The notes below the pieces were generated by a model. That model saw only the letters and a program-made list of their open reading frames with translations, was not told where the DNA came from and did not search any database. Positions 13,711-26,400 of a stretch of DNA of 64,000 nt are shown here, in pieces. The number at the start of each line of letters is the position of its first letter. The first letter of the stretch is position 1. The position numbers and the translations under genes were made by a program. Source of the DNA: Takakia lepidozioides (taxonomy: Eukaryota; Plantae; Bryophyta); assembly GCA_030704615.1 (NCBI GenBank), contig CM060733.1:59892001-59956000 (forward strand), read 5' to 3'.

Positions 13711-14929
13711 ATTTGTAAATATGTCATAAGCCATAACTATTTGTACCAATTACCTTGTGATTTTCACATAGAAAGAGTTCCATTCGCCTATTATGGCTTT
13801 CAGCTATTTCTGTACTTCGCCTTCTATTGCTCATCAACATCCATTTGATTCACCAAATATGACAAGAGCGGAAATCACATAGTTCGAGAAAAATTACCTA
13901 CTTGCACTACCCTACACCAATAATATAGCCACTCGTACCCTTTTCAAAATCCTTAAAAAAACCCTGCTATTGGAGATGGTCAGTAGCGCGTGCCTTTATG
14001 TACTTGCATCACAAAGGCTTAGTATCAGCGCTTCTTTTTAGGGCGAAACGGAGCCTAAAGGCGATAAAAAAAAGGGCTGCGACAGCCCTATGTAAAATCC
14101 TGGAAAAAAAACAAAAATGTGCCAGATAATAGGGGCGCGCACGGGCTGGTGCAAAGCTCCACGGGAAAATGCGTGTTGCGCAAGAAATACACGTTCCCAC
14201 AGCCCTACATCTAGCGGCTGTCGCCCCTTGCGCGATAAGGGTGAGATCTCGCCATGGAGCACGACCTGGACCCTTGCTATTTGAAATTGAGGCTATGGTT
14301 TTTTGCCGGCCATCTTGGACTTTTTTGATTAATTATTTTAGATTCAGATTGTGAGTGGGCTCAAATCGCCATATTGCATGCAAATGAAATAGCCTGTAGC
14401 CAGTTGATTTTTAGCTAAGCATCTATGTCATCGCCACTTTGCACTTAGCCTTCAAATTTTGTAGCCATCTACGCTTCTTAGCCAAAATGACTGATTAGTA
14501 TCTTACATTGGACTGATTCGAGGCAGGGATCTCAGTTACGCCTTTGCAACCCGACCAATCATCCAGTCACCACAAGACCTTCACCTCAAGAGCAGCTTCG
14601 ATTGAAAGCGCAGATTAGGGTAGGTTCACCGACTAGGTGGTTCACGGTCAGCCGTCACGAGAACTGGCCGGTGCGCGATCGCCACTTGGAGGTGCTGGCA
14701 TTCCAGGTAGAGTTTCTCACAAACCAAGTTCATTCTTCGCATCGATGGCAACTGAATTCGCACGTGTCGCCGCGCCTTTGCTGACGACGCAGAGTTCGGG
14801 CTGCCTTGCCACATGTCGCTCTCTCAGTATTCGCAGTGGCTGACGTCTGTTCATCCAAAGACAGCATTGTCATCAACGAGGAGAAGCTTAGGTAGGTAGC
14901 TTCTGTTCCAACGTACGTTCAACTAGGTG

Positions 14930-15021
14930 AAGTCCTGCAACGAGGCTTTACGGGATTCAAGGTTCCACAGCCCCGAGGGCGTGGGAATCTTGAATCCCGT
15001 AAAGCCCGAGTTACGGGACTT
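14930..15021. repeat. ~92-bp hairpin (inverted repeat)
   Basis: GCTTTACGGGATTCAAGGTTCC pairs with GGAATCTTGAATCCCGTAAAGC; outer arms AAGTCC/GGACTT; centre CCCCGAGGG. Confidence 0.85.
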
Positions 15022-15284
15022 TAACTCATGTAAAAATTGCATTTATGACCGTGTGAAAAGAAAATTACTTGCCTATCTGCCCGTAATGTGAGATTACGGT
15101 CCGAGCCCATGGGCTCCACGGCGTAACAGGACAAGCCTGATTTTATGCTATTAAAAGCGCACCAAAACTACACTTGCTAGGTTTTTACGGTAGCACAATG
15201 CTCCAGTACTCCAACTTTTGGGGAGCTGCCCGGCCCTGAATTTTGAGATGTTTAGAGTTTATACCTATATTCAACTCACCTATT

Positions 15285-15840
15285 CATAAGTTTAGCAATA
15301 CCCAAGAGTTTCTCTGGTAAAAGTTTTTTGAATATTGAGTTTTGGATATTCTAGTTGATACTATAGATTATTTTGCTGTGAAACCTATGTAGGGGAATCG
15401 TAAAGTTTACTGGTCCCAGAGTTTTTCTGGCTAAATTTTGTAGATTCTGTATTGATTTTTTTTTTTTCCAAGAACAGGGGATGGAGGCCCTGGAAATATA
15501 TTAGAAAGAACGGGAAAAAAATAACCCCGTGGAGGTACAGCCTTAAAGCGTATTAAGGGGATACCACCCCATCAAGCAGCAGATATGAGAAAAGCAGAGC
15601 TAAGATCGAAGGGATTTTTTTTGGATACTTTAGTCCTATAGATTATTTCTCCGGTGAAACCTATGGTGGATCGTAAAGTTGGCAGTACCCGGAATTCTTC
15701 CGGCTAAATTTTTGTGGGTTATATATATATACATATACATATACATATGGCAAACTAGAGATTGTTTCACCGGCAAAACCTATTTAGAGATCTATTGGTT
15801 TTAAAAAGTTTGGTGATTTTTGCTGGTGAAACCTGTTTTT
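15285..15840 (+). repeat. Degenerate tandem repeat (CTATAGATTATT...GTGAAACCTAT...GGCTAAATTTT) interrupted by a short poly-T-headed insertion (~15455-15620, LINE-tail-like)
   Basis: 3-4 imperfect copies are visible; the insertion is flanked by GATTTTTTT on both sides. Confidence 0.5.
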
Positions 15841-17596
15841 GTCTACACATATATATTAAAAACAGTGAGAGACCCTAGTACAATTGGACTATACCAATAT
15901 GTGTACATATTTTATCGTTGAAATTATAAAACATAAAAATGAATAAGAACAGTCTGAATACCCGGCGGTGGAGCAGGTGTGGAGCAGTGTTTTTTCCTAG
16001 TTACTAATCGCAGAGATATCGACTTGGAAAATGAAAGTGAACTAGTTGAATATCTGGAACCTGAGTTCGCCTACGTGGACCTGTCAAAACATACCACCTG
16101 TTATCTATCCACCTGCCACCTCGTTATTCTGGCCACATGAGCGCTGGGTAGAATTGACATGTGGCCCTTGTAGCGATTTTGGAAAAGTGAAAAAATATCA
16201 TGTTGTGGAGTCAACCTATTAGTGTGGATTTGTGGTCACATGACTAGGCTCACGTGATGCCAACTCCCATCGGAACGCAAGCCTTTGGGATATACAGAAT
16301 CCACGGATCATTCGTTTTACACATGACTGTTACCAAAAGCCTGCTATCCTATGCCATCCAAACGAGAAAAATATGCCCCTTTCATCTTGGGCCTTTGGCA
16401 ACATGGATGACAAGTGGGTCATTTTACGGTAATCTCAACTGGAATTCGGGGATGGCATTCACATCAACCGTATCCGTATTCGCTCTCTTTTAGAAATATG
16501 CATCTTACAGCAATCATAGGGTCCACACCAAAGGTCGGTAGCTGAACTTAGGCAACGTGGCTATTACAGTTACGGCGGCTACGGCCGGAGTCTTCCCTCG
16601 CTCACCAAAAACATGAAATAAGCGAGAAAATCTTGGCCAGCGATCGATTGCGAGGTCATGTTCACGGTGTGACCCAAGGTGGCGGATGGCACGCACTTTG
16701 TTGCGTGCGGGATCCAACTACATGCCACCAGTTTCCACATGAACCGACGAGGATGCATGGACGAAACTGCCAACTATGGATGAAGACCATGACCATGGAT
16801 GTAGAGAAGGATTCATTGCAGACGAGGATGAAGATGAGTGAATGGATGTCGTTCGCACTCAGTGGGTGGCAGGAGCCGTGCTGATTGGGGCTTATCGACG
16901 CGTGGCGCAAAGCGGGCGGTTAGCCTGTGGCAGGCAATGTCTTTTCAAATATCCGTGGTCGCCGAATTTGGCGACCGGCTGTGGCGCCCAGCAGGATGTC
17001 GGCGCGTTTTCGCCAGACAGCAGCAACGGCTGTCGTCGAGTTCGCCACCTTTCGCCGAGCGTGGCTAAATTAGGTCAGAGTGGCGATACTGGCTCGCAGG
17101 GCGGGCGGGGAGTGTGGAGAGAGACGATCTGTCTATCTCGGTTGTGTGTGTGGTGAGAGTGTGAGGAGCATGGCGGACGAGAGAGATGACGGAGTGTGGA
17201 GATGGGAGCAGCGGGGAGCAGTGGAGGGAGACAAGGAGTCCGGCTCCATAGCCTCCTTGTGCCGGTGCCGTTCCCGGAGCGTGTTCTGCTTGTTCTACAT
17301 TGCGGTGAAGTTTGAGGATGCTGGAGCGCAATTTTGGTAGAGTAGCAGGTGAGTTGGATTTTTGTGTGTTCGTTTTTTAGCCTGGGCCGGGCGTGCATTG
17401 GGTTTTGGTAGGGGATCTCCAGAGCTAAAACGTTACAATCTGGGAGATGTGCAGCAATTAATTTTAGATGCACAGAATCTCTAAATCAACCTCTGGTGGT
17501 GGTTGAAAATTGACAGGACTGTATAGTGTAAATTGGAAGGAGGAGGATAATTTGTGAAATCAGCTCACCTGTAAAGTAAGCAGGAGTAAGCCAGAT

Positions 17597-20361
17597 ATGG
17601 GGGCTTTTGGCGATGAGTTAGTGGTTGTACGAAGGGGACATCATCAAGGGGATCCCAGCGAGATTGCAGTAAATTGTCCGGACAAGGTCGGGTTGGGGTG
17701 CGACCTTGCCCGAGTTGTTTTCGAATTTGGCCTCAGTGTTGTTCGTGGAGGTGATTTCTTGGCCCTTTTGTTACCATTCATTCATGGAGCAGGTTAGTGC
17801 AAGTTTTGTGTTGTATGAATCTGTTTTGGTTCTGGGAGCATGTGATAGTATGTACATGTATTTAGCCATTTTTCAGTCGGTACTAGGAACGTTTCCAAGA
17901 AACCGTCACCGGGTGGGTTGGTGCTTTATGATCCATGTGCTGTTTTTGTTATACAGAGCTCCAGTTAAGGCACGTGGTTCAGAGCTGGGAAGTGGCAGTG
18001 ATTGCTATGGATGGAAAGTAAGGAGTAGCGGGTTTTGGGTTGGCTAAATTGCAGATTTGTCGACAGATGGGCGGTTGGTGCTATGTTGTGTTGTGGGGGT
18101 GGTGCCCAGAGCAAGCTCGTCAACAGTTCGATGGCCACTCTTGAAGCAGCGGCTCGAAGAGGTTTGCCCGTCTGCTGTCATGCAACTGGTTCCTCCAGTA
18201 GTGCCTGCTGAACCAAAGTCCAAGACTGTATTGCTCCTCCAGGTCTGCTCAACAGATCGAACAGGTCTTCTTAATGGTGAGCTTGCTCCTTTCCTTGGTA
18301 TTGTTTCTTATGCACAACTAACACAGAGGTGCAGTAATTTTTCTATCCACTCCAAAAAAAAGATTATGGCCATGACCTTTGTTCGGCTTATGGTTAGACA
18401 GGGTCTAGTTCAGTTGCCTTTAAGCCTCATGGCGTCAATTTTCAATAGTTGTTCCTTGCGCGAAAGCCTCATGTGTAAGGTCGGTGTATTGAACTTGGGA
18501 ATGTGGATTGTGGCATTCTGGCAGATGTTGCGCAGAAAGCTGTGGGAAATGGAATTGACCATACACAAAGTGAAAGTGTCAACTAGCCCTGATGGCAAAG
18601 CCATTAACTTTTTTCTTTGTTACAGACAACAGGTAAGGATTCTCTCAAGCAGATACAAGTTCTGGAAAGCAAATAGACCAATGTTCACAGCTATCTCACA
18701 ACCCACGAACATCACAAAATTACACCTTCAATCCACGAGATTTTAGCCTTGATCTGCTCATTATCATCTAAATATCATATCTTGTTGCATATGATTTTAA
18801 AAGGTCTATTGTGTCCATGCAGGAACGAGCTCCCCTGGAAGAAAAGGGCAGCAGAAGTTTGTGAGCAGGTCAGAGAAGTGCTGGGTGAATCAATTTCTCT
18901 CTGTGAGCTGGGTTTGGCAGGTCCTGAATGTGGAGCCTAAATTGTGCACCCCTGTCCGTTTGCTGGCCAATGACTTGTTTGGGGATGCCCCTACAAAAGC
19001 GGAGGCAGAGAAGGACGGTAGTCTAGGCAGTCCTTTCAAGTGTGACTCTCGACAACATCACCAGCCCGCCCATACCCTCCTTCAAATCACATGCAAAAAC
19101 CGCAAGGGTCTTTTGTATGACTGTCTTCGCACAATCAAGGACGTGAAATTGAAGGTTTGGCTGCTGACTTTGCCATCCATTTCCGCTTTATAATTTTTTT
19201 ACTTGAACCTGATGGCATGACTAGCTTCAAGGTAGGAATGTCAGTCACTGTCTGCAGAAAGAGGCTGTCTCATTTTTCTTTGTGTTCACCTAGAACACTG
19301 ACTGCAGTGGAAGCCACGATTTGTGATTGTGCTGCTTAGTGCAAGTACTAAAGCGGCTTTCTGTGCTTGCATGTCAATCTGCACCTTAAATGTCTTTTTA
19401 GTTTCCTTTTCAGAGGTTGTTTTTCAATTTGTTTTCATTTTCTGTCACAGTTTAATGGACATCCGCCTAGCCGTGGGCCGGGAGGGTGTGGGCAGTTTCT
19501 TTGATGGCAGGAAGTTGTGACCCTTGTGTAATGTTGACAGGTAGCACATGGGCGGATTGCAAAACTTGAGGATGGCAGCACTGAAATAAGTGTGTTCGTG
19601 CTGCGAGGAGATGGCCGGAAGATTACAGATGTGAACGAGCAAAAGGGGTTGTGTCGCTGCATGCAAAATGAAATCGAGAATCCTTTACGGATTAAGATCG
19701 GGAACAGGGGCCCGGATACTGAACTACTGGTTGCTACTCCCATTGAGCAGAGTGGAAGGGCCGGCCACGAGTGTTGTATGATGTAACTCTTGCTCTGAAG
19801 TACATGGATATATGTATATTCACGGTCAGTCTTGCTTCCTCTTTCTCTATGTAGCATTCTATCATCTTCTTTTGAGGGATGTATCTCCACAGTTATTCCT
19901 AATGGGGCATTTGCTTGCAGAATTAACTGAAGTGTGGGATTCACCACTTGAAGGTGTTAAGACTTGCCTTCAATCAAGTTTCTACATTAATGCAGAGACA
20001 AACAGTGTTTTCTGGAACTCACTGAAGTGTGCATTTTGGTGTGAAACAACAACAATTTTTGTAATCTTTATGGTGCTTATCATGTCCAGTAAGTGTTTGC
20101 ATCTATGAACTTACTTTTTAAAGATACTGATGGGTCGTGTTATTTAGTCTGATTTCCTCATGTGGCAGGTAAGTGGCCTGTGCCTCCATATTAATGAGGG
20201 GATGTTTCAAAACTGCAGGCAGATATTGGAAGGCATGTTGTGGCAGAGCAACATTGGGAGGTATATCGATTTCTGCTTATTGACAGACCAGACTGGCTCT
20301 GACAAGTAGCAGGGTCCGCAGCTTGATTGAAGAACGCGTGCGACACATTCTTATGGGCTGA
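17597..20361 (+). CDS. ACT domain repeat protein, ACR9/ACR10-like; exons 17597-17750, 18055-18276, 18525-18632, 18823-19154, 19541-19824, 20219-20361
   Basis: VNCPDKVGLGCDLARVVFEFGLSVVRGD, DRTGLL, KVKVSTSPDGK, HTLLQITCKNRKGLLYDCLRT, NRGPDTELLVATPIE, RPRVLYDVTLALK and WEVYRFLL are all characteristic of plant ACR9/10. GT-AG introns; 5' UTR intron ~17349-17583. Several 1-2 bp indels break the frame as assembled. Confidence 0.92.
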
Positions 20362-21153
20362 AGAGCCTTGCGTCCCAAGCCCACTAGGTTGTACTGCAAT
20401 TTGTCGACCAGCAGCTGAAAGAGACACATCTGGACAGGAATTAGAAATCAGGTGGTGCTTCCATGAGCTGAAAATTCAAGCTCCTTTGTAAATTATAGAG
20501 GTGTGGCAGGCAGTGTTAACGTAACGTTACTGTTGTGTTAACTCTCAAAGGGAAACCTGTCTTTTGGTTTTTGAAGGGGGCCTTCCTAGGGTTTGACGAG
20601 GTTCTTGAAGCTCTGTATGGGGGACATTCTTTTCCAGGTCAAGTATTGTACCAGTAGGTACAGTATCTGTTAGTACAAAGCTACATGATAAGTTAAGGCT
20701 GCTGGATGCTCGTCCACTGTAGTTTCTCGACTGCTCAACTTCATGGGCTAACTCTAGGTCGAAATCCTTAGGATCAGGGCACCCCCGGAAGAAAGTCAGC
20801 CTAAGTGCTCTGGTCACACTGGAAAGTGGGCACTTAAAGAGCTGGTCTAACTCCATACCCCTTAACACATTCAAATGTTAATATGTGAATACAAGTTATG
20901 GCGACCTTGCATGGTCTTGTGTCTGTCACCTTGTAGGTCCCTCAACAATGTACTTAGTGTGAGCCTTATTCTGGGTGATGTGCATGCCATTCCCTTCTGC
21001 ATTTCTACAGGAGAGTAGTCATGTGAGTCTGGCTTGTTATGGATGCTCTTAAACCCATCCTTTCTATGATAATAGTTTGCATTTGCTCACTGGTTTGAGA
21101 CCATGATGGCCCTTTGAGTATCCTTCCAACTAAAGTTTCTGGTATGAATTCCT

Positions 21154-21885
21154 CTACACTGCTTTCTGAGGATGACAGTTCAAGCAGCTGCAAGAGTAAT
21201 AAAAATGAGCCAGCTGTGTCTCTGTCGATCACTAGCACCCAAAAACCCTGAATGCCCTTTGTTTTCTCTAAGTAAACCCCAATGCCACCACCAAATTATC
21301 AACTACATCCTCAGCATGCACCACAACACATTCGACACTCTGAAACGGTCCTTTCCAGCCCACTAATGAAGAGTCAGAAATGACCTGCGCATGCAGACAC
21401 AATGCGGGCACTCCAGTGATCCGAGTAACGAAGGAGACACTGCGAGCTGAGATTTGACGGACTCTTGAAGCTCTCGTATGTACGTATGTACTCTGCAATT
21501 GGTGGAGGAAACATGCGTACTACAAAGGTGTACTGAAACATGCGACCGTGACCACGAAAGCAAAACAATCCTCAACATATGCTTTGCGCGGTACGTTATT
21601 CTGTGTAGGACTTAGCTTTCGCAAATACTTGAGCGTCGTAGGCCCCACCGACGGCCGAAATGTGTGTTCAGGTTTCGCTTGGCCAATGGATTCCAGTATA
21701 CTGATATGCTTTTGTGCTATGCGCTCTGAGGTTTGAGAGGTGCCAGGCGGCGGCCATTGGGCCATGTCTGCATGAAGGTCAAGCGGACATACCTCCACGC
21801 GCCAGCATTAAGTACCAAGCGCACACGGAATTACCCCGAGAGATTTGTGTAGATAAGCTCTTTATCGCATCACAACTGCGTAATC
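21154..21885 (-). CDS. Possible 3' exons of a convergent gene of unknown function (21885-21793, 21492-21385, 21187-21154)
   Basis: GT-AG splice sites join in frame to ...CAWYLMLAWRVHTYIRELQESVKSQLAVSPSLLGSLECPHCVCMRSCLNCHPQKAV*. The upstream part would run into the gap. No recognised family. Confidence 0.3.
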
Positions 21886-22056
21886 CTGCATTTGCGAGTA
21901 TATGTACATGAGGAGTTTCAGATCAGGCGTCCTACAATTCGAGGAAGGAGCGGCAACTGAGAGTGAGGAGTAGATACCACTTGTCAGAAAATCCTGGTCT
22001 GGCTGGAGGGATATGCTTCGTTCCTGTGAGGATAGGCAAGTGTTCTGGCGGTTTGA

Positions 22057-22556
22057 NNNNNNNNNNNNNNNNNNNNNNNNNNNNNNNNNNNNNNNNNNNN
22101 NNNNNNNNNNNNNNNNNNNNNNNNNNNNNNNNNNNNNNNNNNNNNNNNNNNNNNNNNNNNNNNNNNNNNNNNNNNNNNNNNNNNNNNNNNNNNNNNNNNN
22201 NNNNNNNNNNNNNNNNNNNNNNNNNNNNNNNNNNNNNNNNNNNNNNNNNNNNNNNNNNNNNNNNNNNNNNNNNNNNNNNNNNNNNNNNNNNNNNNNNNNN
22301 NNNNNNNNNNNNNNNNNNNNNNNNNNNNNNNNNNNNNNNNNNNNNNNNNNNNNNNNNNNNNNNNNNNNNNNNNNNNNNNNNNNNNNNNNNNNNNNNNNNN
22401 NNNNNNNNNNNNNNNNNNNNNNNNNNNNNNNNNNNNNNNNNNNNNNNNNNNNNNNNNNNNNNNNNNNNNNNNNNNNNNNNNNNNNNNNNNNNNNNNNNNN
22501 NNNNNNNNNNNNNNNNNNNNNNNNNNNNNNNNNNNNNNNNNNNNNNNNNNNNNNNN
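22057..22556. other. Assembly gap (500 N)
   Basis: Run of N. Confidence 1.
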
Positions 22557-23134
22557 TCCAGAAGGTCCAAATTTTTTGAGGCATGTGCTCCATCCATATT
22601 ATCTCTCTCTGACGAAACAACTAAATGGGCTATCCCCTATTTTTAAGACGACGGCGCCGTTGTTGAGATCTTAGAATCCATGTACTGCCTTCTTCTTATG
22701 AGCATATGAAACATAAATGCTCTGCATGTTTCCATTTATTTTACAACCAATCGTTGATTAATCGTCCAACTATGAACTGACACACTAGACGACACAATTT
22801 ATTTACAATCAAATCCCATGACATGTATGTTGATTTGTTCTTTGATTACTCATGTATGAGTAATGAGTACAAGTATTTGTGGCGACAATTGACTCTAAAA
22901 CCAATAAATTGATTAAGACACCTATAACAAAATATTTAGTTACTTTATCACTTACTTTTATATTGTATTATGAAGGCGCCGCCACAAGTAACATGTCAAT
23001 CGTACAACCATCTTCTGAGGATCCACGTGTAACCCATGTAGTCCAAAAAGCACTAACGCCAGATGTATAAAAAAGGTTCACATTTCAGATTTGGCCAATT
23101 TGGCCTAGCCTTCGCTCCTTTCCCCCCGCTCTCC

Positions 23135-23200
23135 TTGGCGGGGGCAGGTTTGAACCCGCAACCTAGTGGAAAATACACCACAACCTTACCAACAAGCCAT
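23135..23200 (-). other. tRNA-like remnant (A/B boxes)
   Basis: Reverse complement TGGCTTGTTGGT...GGGTTCAAACC...CCA; no intact cloverleaf. Confidence 0.4.
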
Positions 23201-23490
23201 GCTCTATTCAATGAAACAACCTCTACTTTTTTGTTAATAAACTGTTTCTATTCAGTTAAACTTGTTGCCATTACTACATGACTAACCCGGTATCATTATT
23301 ACACTAACGTAGTCTAGTATACTTGCACATTATCCCTTGTCACTCCCCCCAAACAAACACACACAAACTACACAAGCACTTAACACGTCTCTAGTCTCTA
23401 CACCCTGGAGACTCCCGTTGCGAAGAGGAGACGGAGGCGCCGCATCTCGGCCTTATACTATACCACCCGAGGCAACGAGCTGTTGCGGCG

Positions 23491-26400
23491 ATGGGGAGGA
23501 AGAAGGACACTTGAGGGGGAGGCGTTGCTGGTGGTGGTGGTGGTAGAGGCAAGCTGCGGACGGAGAAGGTAAGCTGTAGTTTTTTTTTTTTCATGACCTG
23601 CACTTAGGCATATGCGCCATCGCATAAGCCCCACCAAGCTGCTCCTAATCTAGCACCTCCGCCGGCGCAGATGCCTAAGTCACTTCAACTCTCACAAGTT
23701 TGCGAATCTCCACACATACACACAACCGTCTCCGCCGGCGGAGACAGCTCATTCCCCTTGGTTTTTTCTGATGCTTGGAAGGGCTGGGCTGCCACCTCCG
23801 TCCCGGTGCATACCGTTGGAGCTGGGATGCTCACATGTTTCAGGAAGTGCTCCTCTACTCCCATCCCGTTTATTTTTTTGCATGCTCATACGTTGTTGAT
23901 GCTCCGAGCGGGTTGGGCTGGCGTATCCGCCGGCGCATACCTGTGCAGCAGGCTGCTCAAATGTTTCAGGAAGTTCTCCCCTTTTCCATCTCCTTTGTTT
24001 TTCCGCATGCTCAAAATTTGCTGATGCTCCAAGTGGGCTGCGCTGGCATATCCGCCGGCGCATACCCATTGAGTACATTCTTTTTTGCTCAGCTCATAGG
24101 TTTCAGGAACCTCCTGCAAGCGTCTCCGCCGGCGGAGACACTTGGAGCTTGGTTTTTTTTGCATATTCCCTGTGTTACGGAAGCTCCAAAGCGCCAAGGC
24201 TGCCACCTCTGTCAACACAGACCCGTGCAGCAGGGCTGCTCACATATTTCAGGAAGTTCTCCCCCCCTTCCATCTCTTTTGTTTCTCCGCATTCTCATAA
24301 GTTGTTGATGCTCCGAGCGGGCTGGGCTGCCATATCCGTCGGCGCATACCCATTGAGCACAATCTTTTTTTGCTTAGCTCCTAGGTTTCAGGAACCTCAT
24401 GCAAGCATCTCCGCCGGCGGAGATGCTTGGAGCTTGGTTTTTTGTTGTATATTCCTTGTGTTACGTAAGCTCCAAAGTGTCGAGGCTGCCACCTCCGTCG
24501 GCGCAGACGCTTGGGGAACCTTCCCTATTTTGGTTGATCACAGTATTCAAGTATCTCAAAGCTTCTACGTTGCCACCTCCACAACTCCACATGCTTCCAT
24601 AGGCCTAGTTTGATCTTTCAAGGTGCTCCTGTATGTTTGGCTACAACCTCCCTTCCATGGTATGCGCCGGCGCATATGCTTGGAGCTCCTTGAGCAAAAA
24701 TTTCTTCAAGGGCCTCAAATCTTGTCAAATTTTGAGTTGGTTGCACATATGTGTCATATGCGCCGGCGTAGGTGGTCGGAGGTCCTCTGTCGGGATGCTC
24801 ACACCTGTATTCTGCTCCAAGTTGTAAGCTTTGAAAGACAAGGATATTCATGGAATTAGTTGACTATCCAAATTCGTTTGTTTTCTTCATGCAACCATGA
24901 CACTGAACTGCTCTTTTTACATATTATACATTCACACATGTGCTCTTCTCATACACTGACATCTTGAACTGTTTTGGTCTATGGAATTAGGAAATTACCA
25001 CTACAACTGAAGCTGTGGAGGCCGGGACGCTTGCAACCATTATTGACGACATTGATGCAGGGAATTGAGGGGCAGATGAGTATGAAGATGATACAACATC
25101 TAGTGATCCTCTTTCTCTAGATGCCAAACAGGCAATTATTCTGGAAAAGAAACAAGATCTGAATGTAACTTTCAGGTCCCTCCTCATTGAGGATGGAGTT
25201 ATGGACATTCCATTGTGTCGCATGATTTCTATGCAGGTTGTTAGGCCCGCCCTTGCCAACGACATCCTAAAGCTTAGAGGAGATTTCTATTCTGGATACC
25301 ATCCAGGAGCAGCCGTGTTCTATGTTTCTGTTGAGGGGATTGATGGATCTACTATAGATGTAGGTCCTGATATCATCTCTACATGGGATAGTCATTGGAA
25401 AACAGTCAATGATGAGTTTGAGAAGTATCTTGAGTCCAAGCCAAAGTTGCATCATCTTCGGGGGAAGATGTTTCATGTCTGGGATGGGAATCATAGGCTT
25501 CAAGCATGGTATCCCTATATCAATGAAGTTCATGGGGCCAACTTGTTAAGACATGTCTGTATGACAAGTTGGGTGCTCAATGCGGACATTGAAAATCGTG
25601 GTTCCCTCAGGTCCATCATGGATGGAGTGAATGTGTGAGTTTCCTTTCTATTCTTCATTTACTTTCATGTTCAATGTTGTCATGTTCTTGCTCAATGGAT
25701 GTACATATACACATCTTCTTTCTAATGATCATATTTTATATGTGCAGGGCAACAGAGAGGGCACATGTTACATCCAAATTTGTGCACTTGGTTTGCAAGG
25801 TCAATATGATTGGCCTTACACCTGTCTCTGAATGGAAGAATGTATTGAGGAAAGAGCAATACGACGAATGCATCAAGAAAACAGGAAAGACTTGGTATAA
25901 CCTGACAGTCCATGCAATGACAGAGATTTTGTACAAGGTAACATCATGTCTTAACCAAGTTTCATTCTTTGCATCCATAGACAAGATTCACCTCTGGTTC
26001 ATGTTATGAACTGTTTTGGTTCTTTTGGCAGCATGATATTGTTGAGGCCCAACGCATGGCGGGGGAAGCTTACAAACTTGCTGAGGGGCCAAAGAGTCAA
26101 GAGGGCCTTGAAGATACAATGAGACAGGCTGGATTGAAAGCAAGGGAGCAACACAAGAGTCAGCTTGTGAAGTTGCTTCCTATTGCTGATCCAACCCTTG
26201 GAGAGGGGTTTCTCCAAGAACTTAAACTGCATTGGTACGTGTAAAGGCAGGATCAGAGGAAATGACCCAAGAGAAAATGGTGAACATTGCTACCGCCCGG
26301 GTGGATCCTGAAGAAAAGGTGGAATGGCTACATATATGGAATGGAGACCAAACACTTCACGACCGTAATTTTTTTCCACCCGGGCCTATCAGTGGGCCAA

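Larger units (their letters stand above)
5028..13747. mobile_element. Mutator-like element (MULE) with long TIRs, carrying a transposase fragment and a Ulp1 protease gene
   Basis: 5053-5449 and 13357-13710 are ~350-400 bp GC-rich inverted repeats (e.g. GCCTCTCATTTTAAGATAAT...TCTTCAATGGGCA.GTGCGATGTGGC at both ends). Two convergent genes start just inside each TIR. Exact termini are uncertain. Confidence 0.85.

Noticed and set aside
21862-22646. Long ORFs of 188-252 aa
   Set aside because: Artefacts of translating the N gap.
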